From Octopus sinensis (Eukaryota), in contig NC_043005.1 in the NCBI RefSeq assembly GCF_006345805.1, positions 37,386,001 through 37,450,000 of the forward strand: a stretch of 64,000 nt of DNA. The letters are read 5' to 3'. Positions 53,270-64,000 of this stretch are shown piece after piece. The notes beneath the pieces are model-generated. The model saw only the letters and a program-made list of their open reading frames with translations, did not search any database and was not told where the DNA came from. How positions within the stretch are numbered: position 1 is the first letter of the stretch; every line of letters begins with the position of its first letter. The position numbers and the translations under genes are program-made.

Positions 53270-54283
53270 CCAAATAATTGTCACACATATATATGTATAT
53301 TCTGTAGATGTGTGTGTATGTACAGGTGTGTACATGTCTGTATATATAAGCACAAGCTTATTGTATGTATAGAAACATGGTTTCAGGTTCCATCCTATTC
53401 AATGACACTTTGGGCAGCGTGTCCTAGTATACCTTTGGGCCAACCAAAATAATGTTAGCGGATTTGAAAGAGGGGTACTGAAAGAAGCCCCTTGTCATCA
53501 GCACCAAGTATGGAAGTTTCCCACATAATATATTGGTTTCAAGTTTTGGCACAAGGCTGGCAAGTTTGGGGGAAGGGGGTAAATTGATTACATCAACCCC
53601 AGTGCTCAACTGGTACTTATTTTATTGAACCCAGGAGATGCAAGGTAAAGTTAACCTTGGTGGAATTTGAACTCAGAACATAAAAGACAGACAAAATAAA
53701 TATCACTAAGCATTTTGCCCAACTTGCTAAAAACTCTGCCAGCTTGCCACTCTAGTGTCCTACATAATATATAGACAATGTCTAGTGATGTTATTTTTTT
53801 TTCCTGTATTATATATTTGTATAAGTCTTAGGGTTTGGCTTTGTGCTTCCAATATCCTTTTATAGCATTTACTTTCATTTCACTACATTTCGACTGTGTG
53901 ACCTTTACACTCTGATTCCTTCTGCCTCAAAGAATTATATATCAATCATTGTTTGAAACTGAGTGGCTCAACTGAGCCAATCATTATTATGGTAGTGGAT
54001 TGGCAGAAACATTAGAATGTAGGTAAAAAGTGCCTTCTTGTATTTCTTCCAGCTCTTTATACTGTAAGTTCAAATCCTTCCAAGGTCAACTTTGCCTTTC
54101 ATCCCTCTCAGGTCCCAAAAATAAGGCACAAATCAAGTACTGACATTGATGGTATTGACCAACTCTCTCTCGTCAAAAGTTGTTGGCCTTGTACCCAAGC
54201 AGATATTATGGCAAATGTTTTAGAATTCATTTGGCTTATTATTGTGATAATTGGTGTTTTGTTCTGCAAATGGAATGTATATA

Positions 54284-54348
<65 letters not shown>

Positions 54349-54714
54349 TGTATGTATGTATGTATGTATGAATGAATGAATGAATGAATGAATGAATGAA
54401 TGAATGAATGAATGATAATCAAAGTGTACATATATATATATCCATCACAGCTGATCTTACTAATAATTTTCACACTTGGAACTTAATGGAGTGTTAGGTA
54501 ACATTCCAATTATATAACCTTGTGCTCTTCAGAAATGGCAGTCATGGAATGAAATATGCAGACTGCTCTCTATTGTTGGAGGTGAACAGACACATCTGTT
54601 TGTCTTGATACCAATAAGATACACATACGTGTGTGTTTATCATTATCCAAGATACAAGAGCTGTTTCAACTCAGAATTTCACCTGAACAATCTTGAAAGC
54701 CAAATATAAAAACA

Positions 54715-54748
<34 letters not shown>

Positions 54749-54853
54749 TCATAAATGAGGGTGAAAAATTAGATATTAATTTAATAATACTGTCAGTTTA
54801 ACACCAAGTGGCCTAGCACATAAAAAACCAGGGAGACAGTACAAATTTATACA

Positions 54854-55100
54854 TAAATATAAGAGAGTTAACGTTAAGTGGTTAACTCTAGTGCTAGAAA
54901 TAGCTCCTTATTCTGGTATAGCCACTGAAGTTGTTTCCACTGAAGAAATAACATTACTTTCAACGTAAGGGAAGCGAAATACAACGAAAAGATAGATTAA
55001 TGCTGAACAATTGTTTCTTTATCAACATAATATGCAATTATACTCACGAGCTATTTCTAGCACTAGAGTTAACCACTTAACGTTAGCTCTCTTATATTTA
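54854..55100. repeat. 53 bp inverted repeat with 141 bp spacer inside (TA)n; possibly Penelope-like
   Basis: 54854-54906 is the reverse complement of 55048-55100 with one mismatch. (TA)n lies nearby on the left and directly on the right. Confidence 0.8.
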
Positions 55101-56113
55101 TATATATACATATATATATATTTATGGAAATATATAAATCACTGCTTCCTTCTTCATGTCATACTCTCTGAACCTCAAACATTTCCTTTCCAAAGTCTTT
55201 ATCACTACAAGGTATTACATGAATCTGTGCTGTCCCAATGGTTAACCTTCACTTCTTCATTAACAAAATTTTCTAAGTTTCTAAGTTTTCTCACTCACAT
55301 TTTCATGTTATTCCTCAGGTTATCACTCTTTCTCTCCCCATGTGTGTGTGGTGTGTGTGTGTGTGTGTGTGTGTGTGTGCATTTATACATACATACATAC
55401 ATTAATTTTACTGTATAGCTTTTTTTGCTTTGTATTTCTTATCTAAGAATTAGATATATCTGAATTTAAATGTGAGATATTTTTAACAGAAAATAAATAA
55501 TTTATGAAAAATTCTAATGAACTTGCACTTAAAAATCAATAAACGAAAAAATTTTACCCAAATTATAAGTAGAGAAGTGGAGGCTCTTTTTTTCTTAGAC
55601 ATCTACAACCAAATGGAAATATTTAGAGCTACACACTCATGATATTGTTATTTCTGAAGTTTTCAATCAGCAGAAATTGCACTCACATACACACAGAAGA
55701 CATCAATTATCTCACCCTCTCCTCTACCATACTTCATTTTAAATATCTCTCATATCTGCTTTTATTCTCAAAATCCTCTCATATTCACTCCGGCTCACTA
55801 TAGCCACCCTGATATACTTCTAAATCTGCTTCCCACTGTTCCTATATGTTGCACACAATTTTCATGACCTTTCCTCATCTCTAAGCCACTTTAATCCTTC
55901 TTGCCTTCACCCACCCATGCACCCCAATATTGGTATTTTCCATAAGTTGCACCCACCTTTACCATTGTCTCTTATGTAAATTCGTAATGTAAATCTATAG
56001 ATATGCACACCTTAAAAGTGTGTCATTATATATAAATATATTATCAAGTGGATATCAGTGTATGATGCTTCCATATACTATGCATAAGGAGATATACACA
56101 CACACACACATAC

Positions 56114-56215
56114 ATACACACATAAATACGTACGTACATACATACATATATATGTATGTATGTATGTGTGTATATATATATATATTTGTGTGTGTGGAAA
56201 ACAAATGTTAAATGA

Positions 56216-56261
<46 letters not shown>

Positions 56262-56520
56262 TATATACCCATACGTACATACATACATACATACATACAT
56301 ACATACATACATACATACATACATACACACATAAATACGTACGTACATACATACATATATATGTATGTATGTATGTGTGTGTATATATATATATTTGTGT
56401 GTGTGGAAAACAAATGTTAAATGATGATATATATATATATATATATATATGTATTATATACCCATACGTACATACATACATACATACATACATACATACA
56501 TACATACATACATACATACA
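56114..56520 (+). repeat. Recent tandem duplication (~200 bp) of a compound (TACA)n/(TA)n microsatellite with identical unique spacers
   Basis: cataaatacgtacg at 56121 and 56330; ggaaaacaaatgttaaatgatgata and gtattatatacccatacg each occur twice. Confidence 0.85.
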
Positions 56521-57979
56521 CATGTTTATGTGTGTATAAAGATATACATATATATATATGTACGTATATACTTGTATATATACACACACATATTGTTATA
56601 TGGGGGTGTGCATATATGTATGTTTCTTTCTGTCTAATATATGTGCATGTGACTATGTGGGAATAAATATAGCTACATATATGTGTGTCTGTGTGTAATA
56701 ATGTCTACATGTATGGAATTATGTAAATATGGATACAACTACGTATACATCTATAAAGCATGCCTGTGTGGGCTTGTTAGTAGAATTTAAAACCTACACT
56801 AATTGAGCCATAACATGAATTTTGAGTGCCATTATTGGTTATTAGTTTTGATGTTAGTAAGATTGAAAAATAACAATTAGTAGTAGCAGTAATAGCAGGG
56901 TTTGTCTGGACAGCTCCAGATACTTCTTCCAAATAGTGATTTGGTTGGCTAACTTGTCAGAGACAGATAGGTTCTGACAAGTAAGCCAAGCACTGATAGC
57001 ATTGTCATAAGATGTTTGACAAATGTGAGATGGATTGTTAATCTAAGATTATATAAACATTACGTACTCTAGAATTTGTGGTGTAGAATGGTGGCGGTTT
57101 CTCGGTTGATGGAGATGAAACTTTTAATGGACAAGGTTGAGAGTGGATAAAATAAATAATAAAACTAAACTAATATTTATTTTATTTGGAACATATTTAA
57201 GGGTTGTTTAGTTAGATAAATTAATCTATAGATATCTATTTGCATCTGTTAGTCTGCAAATTTATCAGTCTGGGAATAATATTTCTATTTTCACAGACTT
57301 ATATTAAACACAACTATGAAGTTAGCAACAGAAATGACACCAGATTTAACCATTGTTATAATGAAAATATATTGGACAGCAATACATTGTTTCCTCATTC
57401 AGTTATCTGAAAATAACTTTAAATAGATAACCACATTTTTCAGATTCCTATATTACCAACTATAGACACCCCAGGGCAGGCAGCAGGGTATTATGCACAC
57501 AGAGCCCAATCCTACAATATATGCCATCCTCTCCCAGTCTGTGTCTCCATCTCCTTTTCCTTCAAGGTGATCCCTTGTCTCCAATTTTTTTCTATACCAT
57601 TCTCCAGAAAAATCATGCAACAAAGTATAACACCATGTGACTTTCTCAGTGTGTTCCATCTTTTATTGTTCCAGGTGTGACCTCACCTACTCTCATAATT
57701 TATACTATAATAAAGAAAGATCCTTATTAATAAGTTATGAATATGTAACTTTTACTACAAGAAAGCAATTATTAAAGTCGTCTGTGTGTAGAAAATTCTT
57801 GAATTTTTAATATATTTTCAAAATGTGGATTTGAAGTTTCTTTTATTATTGAGAATTTCAACTATTGAAAACTAATTTTAATTCACTGTGAGGTAACATT
57901 TTTAACATTGCAAGATTGTTAACATTCCTTCTATTGTGCTTTTTCTCTCTCATACACTTCATGATACTACTATCTATAG

Positions 57980-58069
57980 ACATATCAGTGAAAAGATTTC
58001 TCCAAATTATAAGTTTAATCCAACATCAGCCAAATTGTGTTGATTCCAGTATCTTTTCGTATTTGTTGG
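57980..58069 (+). CDS. Candidate 90 nt internal exon (phase 1-1), product unknown
   Basis: Pyrimidine tract plus tatctatAG acceptor, strong GG|GTAAGT donor. Only one of three frames is open: (x)ISVKRFLQIISLIQHQPNCVDSSIFSYLL(G). No homology recognised. Confidence 0.35.
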
Positions 58070-60343
58070 GTAAGTTTGAAGAAATTGAAACCTAAAGAAG
58101 AAAAGTGGTTTAATTTACTTATCTTAGTTGTACCAAATATAACCTTGACTTACTAATGTTTCATGTTTTTAATTGGATTAAAAATTATTTTCCATTTAAG
58201 TTATTTGCAGTTCTTCTCAATTTTAGCGCCTCAGAGGATCATATAGTTTACCAAGCATGTAGTGCTGACCTTGAACATATTCTTATTTACCCAGACATTA
58301 ATCAAATCAGTTCTAAATTATTATGTTATTAATCAAATCAACTCTAAATTATTATGTAAACATTAAGTATTCCTACAGCATGTTATCCACAAATACACTT
58401 ACTCATATGTGGCTGCTCAGTCTCCTAAAATAATCACCAAATAATCAAAATTATAAATTATTGTAGGTGCAGATGTATCTGTGGGGTTAAGAAGTTTGCT
58501 TGCCAACTACACAGTTTCAAATTCTGTCTCACTACATGCCACTTTGGGCAAGAGTCCTAAACTGACCAATATATATTGTTGGTGAATTTCATTGATGAAA
58601 ACTGAAAAGAAGCCCATCAAATGTGGATGTGTGTGTATCTCTTCATCTTAGCATTGTGTACTAATTGTAAACAAATGTCATAGTTGTATAAGTGATTTTC
58701 TCATTTTGCAATCTTCCATGAAAATGTATTTGGATTAAGGGTAATATATGATCCTACTTGGAAACAGATGGCTTGCATGTGCAGAGCATCCAGCCATATA
58801 CAAAAATCTGCCTCAACACACTTGCTCTGATCCATGCAAGCATAGAGAAATATATGTTAAAATGATGGCAACAATGACGATTATGATGGTGGAGACAACA
58901 GTTTTAATATCTTGCTTGTTACAGATTTAAAAACAAGTCTGTTTTCACTAAAACTAATTTATCAATTAATTTTCCTTTGTACTAAATTTACAAGCTTCCA
59001 CTCACCCCTGCCCTCAGCATTGTCTCTCACTTTTTAAGTTCTACCTTTCCAAACACTGCTAACAACACTACTGTAACCAACACATGCATGCACATACTCC
59101 TATTACAGTAAGAACAGTAGCAGGAATGCAGAAAACAGCATCAGCAGTCTCATCATTGCTACTATGACAACTGTAACCATTATCAATGCTCTTTTCACCA
59201 TCTTTAGCTTCAGTACCAGAGTTAAAAACCACCACCACTACAAAGTAAAAACAACGAAATTAGCTACATATTTTATTATTCCATCTATCATGAACACTAT
59301 TAACTCTCCAGAATAATTACCTGAACATGAGTGCAGTGGACTGGCAGAATCATTGGAGCACTTGGCATAATTCCTTTCGGTTCTTTTCTGCTCTAATTTG
59401 AAATCCAGCTGAGGTCAACTTTGCGTTCCATTCCATTCTGCCTCAACACACCAACATTGGAGTTAATGGGAACAACATACCTACTTCCCAATTGCCTTGA
59501 AGTACTCACTCCAACTCTCTACATTCTATGATCAGTTCTTACCAAAGTCAACTTCACCTTTTATTCTTTTCAGGGTCAATAAATAAAGGACCAGTGTTGG
59601 GATTACTTCATTTCTGTCTTTCTCTCTTGTTTTCAACCTATCTTTCTCTGTTTTGGAAGAAATTGTTTGTAGATTGACCGGGAAAAGAACAGTATATGTC
59701 TGGTCTAAAAGAATACTCAAGTTTTGCTGTATCATAACAATGCTCTGATAACTCTATCAAAGAGTCGAGGACCCTAGTAGAGGCATTTATATATATGTAG
59801 ATATAGACGTGCAGGCATGGCTCTGTGGTTAAAAAGCTTGCCTGGTTTTGAGTTCAGTTCCACTGCAGGGCACCTTGGGCAAGTATCTTCTATAGCCTTG
59901 AGCTGACCAATACCTTGGCAAAAGAGACCAATAGAATACATTGACTTGTTTAACTAAAGCCTTCAAGTCATTACTCTTGCATAGGTACAGTCCTATGACT
60001 GAAACAAGTAAAAGGTATAAAAAAATATATAATATATAGTTTACTGCTCTGTTAAAGTAGGATCAACAAAAAAAGTATCCATCTATAGATTAAACATCAT
60101 TTAATGTAGACTGTATTAAAATAAGAGCTACTAATAGTTTCTTGTCATTAAGACATGTGCTCAGGCAAATGTTTTATAATGTATCTGGTGTCTCCAAGCA
60201 ATCTTTAGGCTCAGAACAAACCACATGTTCAGAGCTTGATTGGAGGTACAAGACATATTACATATCATTGCCTAACCACATGTCTTAATGGCAAAAAACT
60301 ATTAGCTCTTATTTTAATGCAGTGCACATTATATATGTGTGTG

Positions 60344-60650
60344 TGTGGAGGCACAATGGCCCAGTGGTTAGGGCAGCGGACTCGTCGTTGTAGGATCATG
60401 GTTTTGATTCCCAGACCAGGCGTTGTGAGTGTTTATTGAGTGAAAAACTTAAAGCTCCACAAGGCTCCAGCAGGGGGTGGTGGCGAACCCTGCTGTACTC
60501 ATTTGCCACAACTTTCTCTCACTGTTTTTTCTGTTGGCCTACTCGCTTAGCCAGCGGGGTGGCATCATTTGAAGGCTAAAACAATGCACTTCACATTGTG
60601 ACCAGTGATGTGTAGCAACATCTGATAGCCTGGTCAGTCACTGTGATCAT
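60344..60650 (+). mobile_element. tRNA-SINE (same head as 33557-33946, third tail type)
   Basis: tggaggcacaatggcccagtggttagggcagcggactcg..gattcccagaccaggcgttgtgagtg..ccctgctgtactc..ccacaactttctctc. Confidence 0.8.
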
Positions 60651-62344
60651 GGTGATATATTATATATATATATATATATACACAAAATCTTCATCAACAT
60701 ACATTCTTCTATACTAGTGTGGGCTGGATGGATTAACTTGTTTCTTTGAATTGCTCAACTGACACACCCATCTACAAGTACCTTATTTATATAATGCCAG
60801 TGAAAATTAAGTGTCTTGACATATATTCTGTGCAGTGCTAGGGAAGCACTTTAATCTGTAATCCAACACACTTTTAACTAGCTTGGATACAATTCTACTT
60901 TCTGCGGGTCTAATATGATTTTTATGACTGATAGATAACATATTTGTATATTTCATTTTATTTATTCTTTCTAAACAATATTTTCTCTATGTAGTGGGGA
61001 ATTTAAATATCTTATAACGATATTGGTGTATTCTGGGATACATTCCAATATTTGTTGTGTTCATTTTAGAGATTAGGATGTTTGACTTTTTAATATGTGA
61101 ACGAAAAGGAATGAAGCTGGTTTTATTGAAATCTGAGATTATTGGCTCTTTTAGTAATATCGTCTTCATTGTTTTACCAATATGTTGTTCATTGTTCATA
61201 TCAATTTGAGAGTTGGAGTGACTGCACCGCAACATATACATACATACATACACACACACATACATAAATACCTGTGTGTGTATGTATGTGTGTTTTTGTG
61301 TACACTACTATTCAGTATGCGTGCTGATATAATTGAAGTCTCTTACTGCAACCATAATAAAGATGTGCAAGGTAAACTTGGTCAGCATCTATTAAATTAA
61401 TTTCTTCAATGTTTATAATAAATGTTTTGTAAACCAGTGTAAAGTTTTGAGTTTAATATGGCAATCAGTGTTGCATCCATTTTCATGTAAATGTACATCT
61501 AGGTTAGTCACAATTATATGAAAGAGAGAAAAAAATTACCTATAGTTTTTTTCTAGAGTTATCGGAGACGTCAGTGTGTCAAGATTCTTAATCAAGGCTC
61601 TTAATCAGGACAGGGCACGTAATTCAATTTAGGTTTCTGCTTTGGGTTTTGTGGTGTTGCTGTAGTGATTTCTTTGGGTTGTATTGAATGTTGCTGGCCT
61701 TTCTGTCACTAACCTTTACTTGTTTCCAAGTAAGATAATATTTTTCCGTAGCCAGACATATTTTCATGGAAGATGGAAAAAGAATGACACCATTTGTATG
61801 ACAGTAAAACTTGGTCTCAACTATTGCAGAATGTCAAAATTAAAACAAGGAAACAGTTACACCCACACTCACCAACATACAAAAATATGCATGCATATGT
61901 GTACACACACACACACACACACACACACACTCCTATAAATGCAATGGACTACTTTTAGTTTCCATCTACCAAATCCACTCACGAGGTGGTTAGTCTGGAA
62001 CTATAATTGAAGACATTTTATCAAAGGGTTCACACAGTGGAACTAAACCTAAAATTATATGGGTGGGAAGCAAACTTCCTATTTACACAGCCCTTCTAAA
62101 ATTATATATTCTGTCTTGGACAATCACTCTGATATGTGACCATCTAGAATACTCATGAAATACTATCTGGAAATCTTACTCATTTTTCTGTGACTGAGAC
62201 AAATCTAAACATTTAGTTACACTAAAAATTACGCAACGCTAATTGCTTCTTACACTCAAAACTTTTACATTGGTTTACTAAATATTTGTAATAAAAGCTT
62301 GAGATAACTAATTTAATATATACTGACCAAGTTTAGTTTGTACA

Positions 62345-62670
62345 TTGTTAGTGCAGGGTGTCAGACTCACAATCATGAAGTAATGAGTTCAATTCCCAAA
62401 CTGGACTGTGTGTTGTGGTCTTGAGCAAGACACTTTATTTCACGTTGCTCCAGTTCACTCAGCTGTAGAAATGAGTTGTGACATCACTGGTGCCAAGCTG
62501 TATCAGCCTTTACCTTTCCCTTGGATAACATCGGTGGCATGGAGAAGAGAACCCGGTATGCATGGGCGACTGCTGGTTTTCCATAATCAAACTTGCCCAG
62601 ACTTGTACCTTGGAGGAGAACTTTCTAGGTGCAAGCCCATGGTCATCCATGACAAAAGGGGGTCTTTATC
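62345..62670 (+). mobile_element. Same tRNA-SINE family as 41872
   Basis: gagttcaattccc..gtggtcttgagcaagacactttatttcacgttgctccagttcactcagctg. Confidence 0.8.
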
Positions 62671-64000
62671 CTTTTATTGCAGTTATAATTAGTATTTTCA
62701 ATGAAATTGCAACATACTGATCTACAATATAGGTAGTAGTGCAAATCACTGCAGCCTACGAAAGCATATGCTATAGTGTAAACTCTGTCTACACTACACT
62801 GTAACCAGGGTAACCAAAGATGTTCACCATCATTAGCACCATCATCATTGACACCATCATGAGTAACAGAAACATTTTATGTCTGCACTTCCATACAGGC
62901 ATGGGTTGAACAATTCTTCTTCTGAGGAAATGTTTTACTGGAAGATGCCCTTCCTTCACTTTGCCAACCCTTTTATGACATGCTAGAACATATGTCTATT
63001 CTAAAAGTGGAATAATTATGGTAATAGAGCAACCTAGGGTAGTAGAATTGAGTTATTAATTGTTCTTAAGTATTCAATCAGCTGCCTTCATGGAGTAACT
63101 AGAACAAGAACAGCAATAACAACATTAATTATCACCACTAAGAATGAGCCTCCTCATTCTTTTGAAAATGAATGGTCTAAATATACATACATGGGTTTCA
63201 TCATGATTTTTGTTGTCAATAAATTTCCATTACTTGTTTTTTTTCTTTTTCATTTAATTTTTTTTTCTTTTTTTTTGTTTTCTTACTTAGTTCTTACATT
63301 TATTTAATTTCAGATATGCAAAAAATAGTTTTTATTTCAATAAATTTCATTTAGACTCCTTTTGAATTCAGTACTAAGCAAATAATTTTCGATATTCCTT
63401 ATTTTATTTTTAATTAAATAAAATTAAATTTCAATTAGAGATCCATATTTCTGTTTCATTGCTTGCCAAATTAATATTTTTTTGTTAGTTATTATGGAGT
63501 TAATTTCTAAATGTGAAGGAAGCAAAATATAGAATTTTTCTCTCTCAGACACAAGGTTAAATTTTCTCTGGCAGAACAGCAATATAACATTATCTCTTCT
63601 TTTATTGATTTCTTGATTGATGAGAGATGATTGATCCTGATGGCACTAAACTAGTTATTTTTCAGAAACCTGTTTAGCACTGTTCTGTTTACTGCAACAC
63701 AATAATAAGAATAAAAAATAATAATGTAATTACATTGTACTAGAGATAGTTTCTTTTATAAGAAGGGAGAATTTAAATCCTTTGAATTGATCGGTGTCTT
63801 CTTGGGACCAAATCTCATATCACCGCCTTTTGTTCACTGAATGGAATCAACCTATTTCTTCATTAGATGAAATCCTGATGCAAAGAACCAGGAGACTATA
63901 TAGCCATCAGCTTATATGACACATATTTTATTGTTAACAACAATGATGATGAGGATGATGATGATGATGATGGTGGTTGTGGTGGTGGCAGTGGTGGTGG

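Larger units (their letters stand above)
53103..53285. repeat. ~183 bp loopless palindrome; probable inverted pair of Penelope-like pseudo-LTR fragments
   Basis: Arms pair from tgtgacaattatt to aataattgtcaca with the centre at gaaaaacg|cgtttttc (53203/53204). The left arm has an extra ~18 nt. A hammerhead motif lies on each strand. Confidence 0.85.

Noticed and set aside
58403-58424. 22 nt minus-strand micro-exon with good splice sites
   Set aside because: The sequence (atgtggctgctcagtctcct) looks like a fragment of a dispersed repeat as I recall it; no independent support.
60987-61200. Possible Penelope-like ORF remnant (KTMKTILLKEPII)
   Set aside because: Too short and degenerate to assign without a translated search.

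Overview
AT-rich eukaryotic genomic DNA that appears to be entirely intronic or intergenic. The mix of tRNA-derived SINE families and the very high density of (TA)n/(TAA)n/(CAT)n/(CA)n microsatellites resemble coleoid cephalopod (Octopus-like) DNA. That is my recognition of the repeat types, not a database result. No intact protein-coding gene can be supported, and almost all ORFs in the supplied track are translations of microsatellites or SINEs. Protein-coding remnants I can recognise: two 5'-truncated R4/Dong-type non-LTR retrotransposons (restriction-like endonuclease domain) in (TAA)n tracts, a decayed full-length Tc1 transposase, and several RTE-clade LINE fragments. Non-autonomous elements: several SINE families (some with 12-31 bp target-site duplications), a Helentron-type element, two MITEs, and a ~550 bp unclassified element always found in (TAA)n. 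The two most interesting patterns: (1) long inverted repeats carrying Penelope-type minimal hammerhead ribozyme motifs, with an intact catalytic core on each strand at 53.1-53.3 kb; (2) polarised 'landing-pad' arrays in which SINE (ATT)n tails are colonised by further SINEs and, in the opposite orientation, by Dong elements. A few small exon candidates are given at low confidence. Repeat boundaries are approximate unless a TSD or TIR fixes them.
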